Shown one piece after another: positions 29,730 to 39,498 of a stretch of 64,000 nt of DNA; positions within the stretch are counted from its first letter, which is position 1; every line of letters begins with the position of its first letter. The position numbers and the translations under genes were made by a program. Source of the stretch: Fidelibacterota bacterium (GTDB lineage: Bacteria > Fidelibacterota > Marinisomatia > Marinisomatales > Marinisomataceae); contig OZ243041.1 of NCBI GenBank assembly GCA_965212055.1, positions 736,001-800,000 of the forward strand. Reading direction: 5' to 3'. The notes beneath the pieces were generated by a model. The model had not been told where the DNA came from. It made no database searches and saw nothing but the letters and a program-made list of their open reading frames with translations.

Positions 29730-30969
29730 CAAAAGCAATCATGTCTTCCTCAACCCCTAAATCTGAAACCATATTCTGTACTGCATCGATCATCATAGGT
29801 GGTCCACACAGATAGTATTCACATTCTGTTGGATCGTCATGATTCTTAAGATACATATCATATGCTACCTGATGAATAAAACCTGTTGGACCATCCCAAT
29901 TATCTTCTTCTAGTGGCTCTGATAGTGCAACTTGGTAGGTAAAATTATCATGCTCTTCTGCTAACAATTTAAATTCATCGTCATAGAACATTTCTTTGAC
30001 AGATCTAGCGCCGTACCAAAACGAAATCTTTCGTTTTGTCTTTTCAGTCCTTAGCAAATGAAAAATATGTGATCTCAGAGGTGCCATTCCAGCTCCACCT
30101 CCGATATAAACCATTTCTCGATTAGTATCTTTAATATAGAAATCACCATAAGGTCCAGAAACCGTAACTTTATCCCCTTGTTTGAGATCAAAAGTATAAG
30201 ATGATGCAATCCCTGGTGGAAGATTAGGTTGCCCAGGAGGTGGGGATGCAATACGAATATTTAACATGATCATATTTCCTTCAGCTGGATGATTTGCCAT
30301 AGAATATGCACGAAATGCTGGTTCAGGATTCTTTGCTTTGTATTGCCAAACATCAAATTTATCCCAATCTTCATTATACATATCTCCTATATCAAAATTC
30401 TTATAATCAATATCTTTATATTTTGGAACATCAATCTGAATAAAACCACCTGGTTCAAATTTTATAGGATCACCCTCTGGCAAATCTAAAATTAGCTCTT
30501 TAATAAAAGTGGCTACATTTTCATTTGAACGAACGGTTAAATCCCATTTTCTAATACTAAAAATTTCATCAGGTACTTGAATCTTCATATCATTTCTAAT
30601 CTTTACCTGACATCCTAAACGCCAATGGTCTCTTTGATCTTTTCTACTAATATAGGTTTTTTCTGTAGTTAGAATTTCTCCACCACCTTCCATAACTTGG
30701 CACTTGCATTGAGAACAAGTTCCTTGTCCTCCACATGCAGATGGTAAATAAACATTTTGAGAAGCCAATGCTGATAATATAGTAGATCCGGTTTGAACTT
30801 TTAGAGCTTTGTCTAGATCATTATTGACTATAATATTCACTTCTCCTTGAGGAAGCCATAAATCTGAAAGGACATTAACAACAATTACTAATAAAAGTAT
30901 TACTGATGCAAAAACTGCAATCCCTAAAAGTACTGTGAGACCAAACTCACTTATAAGAAATTCATTCAT
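29716..30969 (-). CDS. nqrF: Na+-NQR subunit F
   Basis: SACGGQGTCSQC, RAYSMAN, GGGAGMAP, YLCGPP, FDDFG. Confidence 0.97.
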   Translation of the reverse strand: MNEFLISEFGLTVLLGIAVFASVILLLVIVVNVLSDLWLPQGEVNIIVNNDLDKALKVQTGSTILSALASQNVYLPSACGGQGTCSQCKCQVMEGGGEILTTEKTYISRKDQRDHWRLGCQVKIRNDMKIQVPDEIFSIRKWDLTVRSNENVATFIKELILDLPEGDPIKFEPGGFIQIDVPKYKDIDYKNFDIGDMYNEDWDKFDVWQYKAKNPEPAFRAYSMANHPAEGNMIMLNIRIASPPPGQPNLPPGIASSYTFDLKQGDKVTVSGPYGDFYIKDTNREMVYIGGGAGMAPLRSHIFHLLRTEKTKRKISFWYGARSVKEMFYDDEFKLLAEEHDNFTYQVALSEPLEEDNWDGPTGFIHQVAYDMYLKNHDDPTECEYYLCGPPMMIDAVQNMVSDLGVEEDMIAFDDFG

Positions 30970-31607
30970 AAATCAATTCCAGAAAAGGCCATAAAAGCCA
31001 TAGATAGCAATCCAGTTAATATCATTGCCATTCCAACCCCTCTTAACCTAGGTGGAATATTAGAATAACGAAGCCTATATCGAACTGACGCTAATGCAAG
31101 AATTGCTAATAAGAAACCAACGCCAGAACCAAAACCATATACTAATGTTTCTGATAATGAATATTCTCTTTCTACCATAAACATTGATCCTCCTAAAATG
31201 GAACAATTTACAGCAATTAGTGGAAGGAAAATTCCTAAGCCATTATAAAGGGCTTGTGAAAATCGTTCTAGAAACATTTCAATTAATTGAACTGCTGCCG
31301 CAATAACAGCAATAAATACAATAAGTTTTAAGAATGATAAATCAATATTAGCAATAATATTAGCAAGTTCAGGGTTTTCAGGATTAATCCATGATAATGC
31401 ACCTTTATCTAGAAGATATTCATAAATAAACCAATTAATTGGAGTTGTAACTGTCAAAACAACAACTACCGCCATTCCAATTCCAATAGAAGCATCAATC
31501 TTTTTTGAGATAGCTAAAAATGAACAAAGACCTAAGAAATATGCTAAAACCATATTTTCAATAAAAACTGCCTTTGTGAAAATGCTGAGATAATGTTCAA
31601 GACCCAT
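30966..31607 (-). CDS. nqrE: Na+-NQR subunit E
   Basis: FLGLCSFLAISKK, LPLIAVNC, AFSGIDL. Confidence 0.96.
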   Translation of the reverse strand: MGLEHYLSIFTKAVFIENMVLAYFLGLCSFLAISKKIDASIGIGMAVVVVLTVTTPINWFIYEYLLDKGALSWINPENPELANIIANIDLSFLKLIVFIAVIAAAVQLIEMFLERFSQALYNGLGIFLPLIAVNCSILGGSMFMVEREYSLSETLVYGFGSGVGFLLAILALASVRYRLRYSNIPPRLRGVGMAMILTGLLSMAFMAFSGIDL

Positions 31608-32269
31608 TATTCTTCCTCCTCAAGACCAGCAATTTCTCTTTGCACCCAAATAACAAGGCCTAGTATAAAAAATGCTCCAGGTGATAATACCAATAATCCA
31701 ATATTTTCATATCCTGCATTAATCAACCATTCAGCGTCGCGTTCAATTGAAAATAATACATACCCTGCACCGCCATTTGGTAAAGTAATAGTACCAGCTC
31801 CAAATAACTCCCTAAAGAATGATACAAGAATAATCATCATTCCATAACCCAAACCATTTCCTAATCCATCTAAAAATGCTTTTGATGGTCCATGTTTAAT
31901 TGCAAAGGCCTCAGCACGACCCATAATAATACAATTAGTAACAATAAGACCAACAAACACTGATAACTGTTTACTCATATCATATAAATATGCCTTAAGT
32001 ACTTCATCAACGAAGGATACTAGCCCTGCAATTATCGCTAACATAATTACAATTCTGACTCGGCTTGGTATATGATCTTTTAAAAGAGAAATAGCAACAT
32101 TAGATGAGCATAGTACAAAAATTACGGCGAAGGTCATGATAATCGCTTGATCTACTCTTATAGTCACCGCTAAAGCAGAACAAATACCTAATACTTGCAA
32201 AGAAATAGGATTGTTAACATTTAACGGATCAGTAACAATTTTTTTAGATTCTGTACTAAATAATTCCAT
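31607..32269 (-). CDS. nqrD: Na+-NQR subunit D
   Basis: NNPISLQVLGICSALAVT, SVFVGLIVTNCIIMGRAEAFA. Confidence 0.96.
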   Translation of the reverse strand: MELFSTESKKIVTDPLNVNNPISLQVLGICSALAVTIRVDQAIIMTFAVIFVLCSSNVAISLLKDHIPSRVRIVIMLAIIAGLVSFVDEVLKAYLYDMSKQLSVFVGLIVTNCIIMGRAEAFAIKHGPSKAFLDGLGNGLGYGMMIILVSFFRELFGAGTITLPNGGAGYVLFSIERDAEWLINAGYENIGLLVLSPGAFFILGLVIWVQREIAGLEEEE

Positions 32270-32972
32270 TTTCTTTTATCTTATTTAAATATGCTTCATA
32301 TCGTTTTAAATCATCTTTGAGGAATATAGTTACACCATTTGAAGTAACTGTCGCTCCAGATATTCCATCAACTTGATGAATGGCATCTTCTTTACTATCA
32401 TCCACTTTACCTTTTAGAACTTTTATCCCAATAATCTCACCTTCAACATTTCTAATTTTTTTACCAATAAAATTTTCTGTAAACCACTCTTTTTCGACTT
32501 CGCCCCCTAATCCAGGTGTTTCTCCATGTTTATAGAATTGAATACCTAAAACTGTATCTAGATCTGGTTCTAAAGCAATATAGCCAAATAGTGTAGACCA
32601 CAATCCTTTCCCTGCAACTGGTATAGCAATACCTTCTAGTTTACCTTCAATAACTTTGAGATATACTGGCAATCGTTCAATATCTTTTTCAATATCAATT
32701 TCTTCTAATATAACATTATCAATTTTATTGCCTTCTGAATCAACACATAATCCTACAATACTATTATTAAATATTTCTTCAACTTTTTCATTAGACCATG
32801 GATTATTTTCTTCTTCTTTAAATTCAAGTGAACGAAGAATAGTTTTGTTTACATCAGCTCTGAGGTTATCCTCTTGCTTGACTTTTAGATTTTCTTTCGT
32901 AACAGAAAGCAAAGTTCCTAGAACAACAGTTATAATAAAAACAAAAAATAATGTATATCTATTACTATGCAT
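32256..32972 (-). CDS. nqrC: Na+-NQR subunit C
   Basis: GKGLWS, HGETPGLGGE, FMN-attachment motif DGISGAT. Confidence 0.95.
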   Translation of the reverse strand: MHSNRYTLFFVFIITVVLGTLLSVTKENLKVKQEDNLRADVNKTILRSLEFKEEENNPWSNEKVEEIFNNSIVGLCVDSEGNKIDNVILEEIDIEKDIERLPVYLKVIEGKLEGIAIPVAGKGLWSTLFGYIALEPDLDTVLGIQFYKHGETPGLGGEVEKEWFTENFIGKKIRNVEGEIIGIKVLKGKVDDSKEDAIHQVDGISGATVTSNGVTIFLKDDLKRYEAYLNKIKENGII

Positions 32973-34155
32973 TTCTAGCAATCCTCATTTTTATATTGGA
33001 TTTTACGACATAATAATCTATTAATGGAGCAAACATATTCATAATCAAAATGGCAAGCATCACTCCTTCTGGATATGCTGGATTAACTGATCTAATAATT
33101 ACGGTCAGTACTCCAATCATAAAGCCATATATCCATTTTCCTTTATTGGTATGAGCGGACGTTACTGGCTCAGTTGCCATAAAAACTGTACCAAATAAAA
33201 AACTACCAATGAAAAGATGGTGCCAAGGTGTAATTGTTAACATTGCATTACTAGAGAAACCAGAAAGAATATTAAATAGAAAGGCAGTAAAAAGTAGTCC
33301 AGATACTGAAGCTACCATAGTTCTCCAAGAAGCAATGCCAACATAAACTAGAAAAATTGCTCCAAGTAAAATAAGTATTTTATTTGTTTCTCCTATGGAA
33401 CCTGGAATTAAACCCCAACACATCTTCCATAGTGAAAAATCAAAATAATTTGGAGCAACATTTGATGCTTCAGAAAATAAATCTGATGCTATATTTTTTG
33501 GACTATTTGCTGGAATTGCCAATGCAGTTGCACCAGTATTTCCATCAGGTAATACAGCCCAAATTTTCTCACCTGACATTCTAGTTGGAAAAGCAAAATA
33601 CATAAATGCACGAGCTGTTAATGCTGGATTAAAAATATTTGTTCCAACTCCACCAAAAATTTCTTTACCAATAATAATTCCAAATGCAGTACCAATAAAA
33701 ACTTGCCATAAAGGAACAAGTGGTGGCAATGTCAAAGGAATTAGGGCACAAGTAACAAGAAATCCTTCATTTACTTCATGCCTACGAATAACGGAAAAAG
33801 TAAGTTCACAAATTGCTCCTGAAACAAAGGTAATGATTAGTATTGGTAACACATATGACATACCAAAAATAAAATTCTCAAACATAGATCTTGATACATC
33901 TGTTGTTGCCATATCATTGAGATAACCAATATTATAAGCTCCAAATAGATAACAAGGAATTAGAGCAATCACTACAAAGAACATCGTTCTTTTAATATCC
34001 ATATTATCCCGTATATGAGGACCAGAATCTGTTTGTTTATCAGTAGAAAATAAAATAGTATCTGTTGCTTCCCATATTGGATGGGCCCATGATAAAAGCT
34101 TCCCTTTTTCGAATAATTTTCCTGATCGTTCTAATATTTTTTTTAAGAAATTCAT
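32965..34155 (-). CDS. nqrB: Na+-NQR subunit B
   Basis: PHIRD, KRTM, NEGFLVT, KEIFGG, DGNTGAT, YPEGVMLAIL. Start could also be 34164. Confidence 0.95.
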   Translation of the reverse strand: MNFLKKILERSGKLFEKGKLLSWAHPIWEATDTILFSTDKQTDSGPHIRDNMDIKRTMFFVVIALIPCYLFGAYNIGYLNDMATTDVSRSMFENFIFGMSYVLPILIITFVSGAICELTFSVIRRHEVNEGFLVTCALIPLTLPPLVPLWQVFIGTAFGIIIGKEIFGGVGTNIFNPALTARAFMYFAFPTRMSGEKIWAVLPDGNTGATALAIPANSPKNIASDLFSEASNVAPNYFDFSLWKMCWGLIPGSIGETNKILILLGAIFLVYVGIASWRTMVASVSGLLFTAFLFNILSGFSSNAMLTITPWHHLFIGSFLFGTVFMATEPVTSAHTNKGKWIYGFMIGVLTVIIRSVNPAYPEGVMLAILIMNMFAPLIDYYVVKSNIKMRIARNA

Positions 34156-34156
34156 A

Positions 34157-35494
34157 CTATCCATCAAAATAAATTAAATCCAAACCCTTTCTTATAATTC
34201 CACCAACATCCGTCTTGCTCGGACAAACAAATGAGCAGAGAGCTACATCTTCTTCATCACATTCATAAATACCCAATTGTTCCATTTCGTCAACATCATT
34301 AGCTACAATACTTCTTGCAAGCTCATTAATATAAATATCCATGGGAAACACTTTTTCCCATGCACCAATAGGAACAAAAGCTCTCTCACTTCCATTTTGA
34401 AGTGTAGTAAATCTATACGGTTTCTTATTGTCACCAATATAAGCATTAAAAATACTATACTTAGACGATCCTCCTGGATGTAACCATCCCATAAATGATC
34501 TTTCAAATGATTTTTCAATAATAGATATAGATGAATCATAAAAATTTGTATATCCATCCAGATTTATTTCTTTCCCAGTTAAAACATTTCCAGAAATAAT
34601 TCTAACATCATCTCTTGTAAGATTATCTTGACAGTAGATATCTACTGGACAACCTAATCTTGTTTTGATATAACTTGGTTTTTTTACACAAGGACCCGCT
34701 ATATTAATTGTTATTGAAGGATCAAAAATACCATCAGAAAATATTTTACCAAGGATAGGAAGATGGTGTCCTTCTACTGTCCAAATAATATCTTTATTAT
34801 TAATCGGTTGAATGTGATTAAGAACTACACCAATGTTTCCAGCAGGATGCGGTCCTTCTATTTCTACTAAATCAATATATTCCAAATCAGATAGATAAGT
34901 AAATTCCCCCGGCCTAACAATAAGAAATAGCTTTCCATCGGTCAATTCTTTTAAATGTTTTAGAGCACTAACAATATATTCTTGCTGATCTGATAAAGTA
35001 AAATGATGATTAATCGCTAATGGAGCCGTATTAGCAAGACTAATAATAATTGATTTTGGATTATCAGAAGGATTTGCCACTTTATTGAATGGTCTTTGTT
35101 TTAAAAATGGCCACATATTTTTTTCTAGTAAATAATTGATTACTCCCTCTTTTGAAGATAATCCATTCGGAGAGTTTGGTTGGAGCGATTTTTCCTTGTC
35201 ATCATTCACTTCAAAAATAATTTCTTTAATAACACGTCTATCTCCATAAACAATTTTAGATATCTTACCAGAAGCAATAGCTGGCCATTTAATCTCTGGA
35301 TTCAGTTTATCAAAAAAAACAGGATCACCTAATTGTATAAAATCATTTTCTTTGACTAAAAGTTTTGGTTTTATATAACGAAAATTTTCAGGTGATAGAG
35401 AAACAGAGCTATGATGTCTTGTAGGTAGAAATTCCTTGTCTGGGTTTCCAGCAATATTAACATTGTGCCCGTTTTTTATTTTAAGCTTAAACAT
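34157..35494 (-). CDS. nqrA: Na+-NQR subunit A
   Basis: KPKLLVKE, QRPF, GPHPAGN, ISGNVLTG, EEDVALCSFVCPSK. Confidence 0.95.
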   Translation of the reverse strand: MFKLKIKNGHNVNIAGNPDKEFLPTRHHSSVSLSPENFRYIKPKLLVKENDFIQLGDPVFFDKLNPEIKWPAIASGKISKIVYGDRRVIKEIIFEVNDDKEKSLQPNSPNGLSSKEGVINYLLEKNMWPFLKQRPFNKVANPSDNPKSIIISLANTAPLAINHHFTLSDQQEYIVSALKHLKELTDGKLFLIVRPGEFTYLSDLEYIDLVEIEGPHPAGNIGVVLNHIQPINNKDIIWTVEGHHLPILGKIFSDGIFDPSITINIAGPCVKKPSYIKTRLGCPVDIYCQDNLTRDDVRIISGNVLTGKEINLDGYTNFYDSSISIIEKSFERSFMGWLHPGGSSKYSIFNAYIGDNKKPYRFTTLQNGSERAFVPIGAWEKVFPMDIYINELARSIVANDVDEMEQLGIYECDEEDVALCSFVCPSKTDVGGIIRKGLDLIYFDG

Positions 35495-35563
35495 TAATTG
35501 TAAAGTAGAGATGAGAAAATAATAAAAAAGATAGTCGAGTTCTATATAATAATTAAGAAAAAA

Positions 35564-36772
35564 TTATTTTTTAGATTTCCACTCAAAATAATTTCCATTA
35601 TAAGATGAACGATTTTGCCATTTTTTTATTTTTTCATCAATATGCTCTATTGACTCAGAATCAATATCCTGAATTAAATCAATTGTTAGATCTCCCACAG
35701 TTTTAGCACTAACACGAGATGCTTTAATATTTCCTTTTCCAGTAATTGCATTACCCATTCCATGCACTTTATCTAGATTGTTAAATTTTCCAGAATCTTC
35801 ATCTATAATATCATAAGTAGAGCCACTCATTGGAAGACCATCAATTGGCTCTGGTAAACTACCAATAGAACTAATAATAATATTTCCTTTTAAAATTTGA
35901 TTAGAATCATCAATTGGGATTGGTTGATTATCTACAATTTTATTTTTAATTATTTCTAAACCTTCCAAATTCCCTTCTACAATATTCAAGGCAGTAGGTT
36001 GTGTACATTCTAATACGTTAAACAAAAATTTTTCTTGGGTATTATTTAAAATTTTTCTTCGTGCTTGTCTGCGTTTATCAACCATCTCAGGTTTAGCATC
36101 AGATGGGATAGTTGTGAGAGGCATATTTTCTATGTCTCTCCTATATATCAAGGTTGTTCCTTTAATCCCAAGACTATTATAGTCAATATTATGTTGTTCT
36201 AGGTATTTTGGAATTCCTTTGTGTTCCATCTCAATAACATCAACATTTTTCACTCTAGATTGTATTTTTTCTTTTACGAGTTCTAGCTGGGTAATTTTAC
36301 ATACATCAATTGAAGCAAGCCCACCTCCTACAACCAATATATCATCTTGAATAACTATCTCCGGACCATTATAATCATCTTCGTGATAATGGTTAAACCA
36401 ATATACAAAAGGGTTTTGGTAGTAAAAGTTTGAGAATTCTTCAACACCTTTAATTGGGAATGATCTATCTCTCCAAGCACCATTAGCAAAATAAACACAA
36501 CTCCAGTTCATGTCATAAATCTCGTCAAAACCAATATGATCCCCTATTTTGGTAAGAGGAATAAAATCTACTAAATCATGATCCATAACTTCATCAATCT
36601 TAGAATATTCGCTAAGACGTTGTTTTTCGTGCCATCTTGGAAGTCCATCTTCAATTTTTCCATAAGGTAAACGATTCTGATCTACAATTACACATCGAAT
36701 ACCATGCTCTGTTAATTTCCGAGCAGCAGTAGATCCTGACACTGCACCACCGATGATTAATACTACTTTCAT
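35564..36772 (-). CDS. FAD-dependent oxidoreductase (ferredoxin-NADP+/adrenodoxin reductase-like)
   Basis: IIGGAVSG, LPYGKIEDGLPRWH, second dinucleotide motif VGGGLASID, YRR. Confidence 0.65.
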   Translation of the reverse strand: MKVVLIIGGAVSGSTAARKLTEHGIRCVIVDQNRLPYGKIEDGLPRWHEKQRLSEYSKIDEVMDHDLVDFIPLTKIGDHIGFDEIYDMNWSCVYFANGAWRDRSFPIKGVEEFSNFYYQNPFVYWFNHYHEDDYNGPEIVIQDDILVVGGGLASIDVCKITQLELVKEKIQSRVKNVDVIEMEHKGIPKYLEQHNIDYNSLGIKGTTLIYRRDIENMPLTTIPSDAKPEMVDKRRQARRKILNNTQEKFLFNVLECTQPTALNIVEGNLEGLEIIKNKIVDNQPIPIDDSNQILKGNIIISSIGSLPEPIDGLPMSGSTYDIIDEDSGKFNNLDKVHGMGNAITGKGNIKASRVSAKTVGDLTIDLIQDIDSESIEHIDEKIKKWQNRSSYNGNYFEWKSKK

Positions 36773-36802
36773 TGATTTTTTTATTTGTTAAATTTATTCG
36801 GT

Positions 36803-37720
36803 ATGAAATTAATAAATAATTTGCTAATTCAAATCATTCCTTTTTTACCAAAAAGTTTTATCAAACTTTTTGCTTCGCCTTACATTGCAGGCATTACAGA
36901 TGATGAAATGTTATCCACTGTAGAAAATTTAAACACCAAAGGTTATGATACCGCAATCGATATTCTAGGAGAACATGTTAAGACAGAAAAAGAAGCAAGA
37001 GAGATTACAGAAAAATATGCAAATTTATATGATGAAATTTCTTCTAGATCTTTACAAGCAAATTTATCAATTAAATTAACTCACATAGGACAAGATCTTG
37101 GGTATAATATTGTCAAAAAGAATCTGATGATTTTAACTGAAAAAGCTAAAAAACATCATAATTTTTTACGCCTTGATATGGAAAATTCTCCTTACACCTC
37201 TGAAACAATTACATTATATAAAGAAACATTGGAAGTATATGCTAATATTGGAATTGTCTTGCAGGCATATATGCATCGTTCTATGGATGATTTAAACGCA
37301 TTAGCTAATGAACATTTCAATTGTAGAGTTTGTAAAGGTATTTATATAGAAAGCGAAGATATTGCTTATGCTGATTATGAAAAAATAAGAGAAAATTATA
37401 TTAAACTTGTTCAAACCGGATTACAACAAGGTTCTTATATAGGAATTGCAGGTCATGATGAATATTTAATTAATAATCTATATCAGTGGATCCAAAATAA
37501 CAATATTCCTAAAACTCAATATGAATTCCAAGTTCTATATGGAGTTCCTATGGAAAAAATCTTGCAAAAACTAATTCAAGAAGGCAATAAGATACGTGTT
37601 TATGTTCCTTATGGCGATAATTGGTACGATTATTCTATAAGACGATTAAAAGAAAATCCAAAAATGGCTGGGTATATTATTAAAAATCTTTTTAAGAAGA
37701 TTTTCTATTTCTATAAATAA
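36803..37720 (+). CDS. Monofunctional proline dehydrogenase
   Basis: YIAG, LGE, SIKLT, RLDME, VLQAY, RVCKGIY, RVYVPYG, RRLKENP. Confidence 0.93.
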   Translation: MKLINNLLIQIIPFLPKSFIKLFASPYIAGITDDEMLSTVENLNTKGYDTAIDILGEHVKTEKEAREITEKYANLYDEISSRSLQANLSIKLTHIGQDLGYNIVKKNLMILTEKAKKHHNFLRLDMENSPYTSETITLYKETLEVYANIGIVLQAYMHRSMDDLNALANEHFNCRVCKGIYIESEDIAYADYEKIRENYIKLVQTGLQQGSYIGIAGHDEYLINNLYQWIQNNNIPKTQYEFQVLYGVPMEKILQKLIQEGNKIRVYVPYGDNWYDYSIRRLKENPKMAGYIIKNLFKKIFYFYK

Positions 37721-38177
37721 ATAAAATTATAATTCCTGCTACATTAGGAAACCAAATTTCAGGGTTTGACCATGGAATTCCATCAATAGAAAAATCAGTT
37801 AAAGGCCATAAAAATTTAGTAGGAAAATACTCTTCAGAATGGAAGGGAAAATCTAATAAAATATGAAAAGGCCAGGCCAACATAGGAAATGCTAGCGATT
37901 TATTAAAAAAATAAACTATTCCAATACATAAAAAGGCAATTGTAAAGCTATGAGATAAATTGTAATTAAAAAAAAGCCAATCTGGAATATTTTCTAAACT
38001 TGGAGGACCACTATAAGTATAATTTCCACTAAAATAATGACCGCTAAAAATTCTAACAATAATTAATATTCCAAAAGAAAAAAGGTCTGGCATAGCTCCA
38101 AAAAAAATTGCTAACCATTTATAACCTCTATAGCCAAATAAACCTCTACCCCAAAGTGCATGACTTAATGTATCCAT
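37692..38177 (-). CDS. Membrane-bound metal-dependent hydrolase (YdjM-like)
   Basis: MDTLSH, PDL, HS, HILLD..H, WP motifs in a hydrophobic protein. Confidence 0.7.
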   Translation of the reverse strand: MDTLSHALWGRGLFGYRGYKWLAIFFGAMPDLFSFGILIIVRIFSGHYFSGNYTYSGPPSLENIPDWLFFNYNLSHSFTIAFLCIGIVYFFNKSLAFPMLAWPFHILLDFPFHSEEYFPTKFLWPLTDFSIDGIPWSNPEIWFPNVAGIIILFIYRNRKSS

Positions 38178-38199
38178 CTTCTACAATAAAAATTAACTT

Positions 38200-39072
38200 T
38201 TACGAACCTCTTTTACCCCAAACCATTTTAGTCTTTAAGGTTTGGTAGTAATCGTAATCATTAAATGTGATAAATTTTAAATGGTTTTTTGCTTGTCTAA
38301 TCTTTACAATAGATTCATCGGTAAAATGTTCAATATGTTGTCCGTCACAAATTAATTTTAATTCTTTCTCTGAATGACCATTAAATCGAAATTCGATTTC
38401 TACATCAGGAGGTAAAACCAATGGTCTTGATGTTAGAGAGTGAGGAGCAATTGGAGTAACTATAATAGAAAAAACATCTGGTTGTACGATTGGACCTCCA
38501 GATGATAGAGAATAGGCAGTTGACCCCGTTGGGGTACTGATAATAATTCCATCTGATTTGTAATCACTAACATGTTTACCATTAATATAAAGATCAAGGG
38601 AAGTTACTCGATATGCTACTTTATTTTGAACAACGAAGTCATTAATGGCAAAATAAGTATTGTTATCACTATTGTGAGAAATTTCTGCATTTAATACTAA
38701 ACGATCTTGAATACTAAATTCTCCATTTTTAATTAAATCTAATTTTTCTATTAATTCATCTGGAACAATTTGAGCAAGAAACCCTAATCCTCCGATATGA
38801 ACACCTAAAACAGGAACCATTGGATTGCTAAAGCAACGAACTCCAGAAAGTAACGTACCATCTCCACCTAAACAAAGTAGGAAATCTACATTAGGGGGGT
38901 TATCATGATCATATAATGTATAATTGCTTGGAAGAGAGTCTAGGTTTTCTAAACCTTGGGGTAAAAACAATCGCAAATCATTATGGTTTGCCCATTGTCC
39001 AACATCGCGAACTAGTGCTGGTATTTCTTTTTTCCCAACATTAGCCCAAACAGCAAAACTTTTTGGTTTCAT
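38200..39072 (-). CDS. nadK: NAD(+) kinase
   Basis: LGGDGTLL, GLGFL, IND, DGIIISTPTGSTAYSLSSGGP. Confidence 0.95.
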   Translation of the reverse strand: MKPKSFAVWANVGKKEIPALVRDVGQWANHNDLRLFLPQGLENLDSLPSNYTLYDHDNPPNVDFLLCLGGDGTLLSGVRCFSNPMVPVLGVHIGGLGFLAQIVPDELIEKLDLIKNGEFSIQDRLVLNAEISHNSDNNTYFAINDFVVQNKVAYRVTSLDLYINGKHVSDYKSDGIIISTPTGSTAYSLSSGGPIVQPDVFSIIVTPIAPHSLTSRPLVLPPDVEIEFRFNGHSEKELKLICDGQHIEHFTDESIVKIRQAKNHLKFITFNDYDYYQTLKTKMVWGKRGS

Positions 39073-39077
39073 TTTAT

Positions 39078-39173
39078 TTATCTATTTTTTTTCTTATGTC
39101 TATCTGCACGTAAACGTTTTTTGCGTTTATGTGTATTCATTTTTCTTTTTTTTCTTTTTTTACCGCAAGGCAT
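39078..39173 (-). CDS. 30S ribosomal protein bS22 (AURKAIP1/COX24-like), 31 aa
   Basis: MPCGKKRKKRKMNTHKRKKRLRADRHKKKNR with AGGAG RBS; matches the MPxGKKRK...HKRKK...RHK pattern. Confidence 0.88.
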   Translation of the reverse strand: MPCGKKRKKRKMNTHKRKKRLRADRHKKKNR

Positions 39174-39186
39174 TAAATGCTCCTAT

Positions 39187-39477
39187 TTAATATTCAATCA
39201 ATTTATCGTTGACAGTATTTTTCATTAGTTTTGAAGGCTTAAAAACTGGAACATAACGCTCTGGAAGATATACAGGATCTCCAGTAGCTGGATTACGTGC
39301 CTTTTTAGGCATTCTATGTTTAACTGCAAATGTTCCAAAACCTCTTAATTCAATCTTTTCATTCTTGCTTAAGGTAGTAATAATTTCCTTAAATGAATCA
39401 TTAAGTACAGCTTCTACTTCTACCTTTGTTAAACCAGTATTTGCTGATACATTATCAATTATATTTTGTTTAATCAT
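39187..39477 (-). CDS. HU/IHF family DNA-binding protein
   Basis: IELRGFGTF, ARNPATG, PVFKPSK. Confidence 0.93.
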   Translation of the reverse strand: MIKQNIIDNVSANTGLTKVEVEAVLNDSFKEIITTLSKNEKIELRGFGTFAVKHRMPKKARNPATGDPVYLPERYVPVFKPSKLMKNTVNDKLIEY

Positions 39478-39498
39478 ATCTATATTTCCTTTATGACT

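Noticed and set aside
38924..39190. 88-aa plus-strand ORF with a poly-Phe tract
   Set aside because: It is the antisense of the Lys/Arg-rich bS22 gene and the nadK start.
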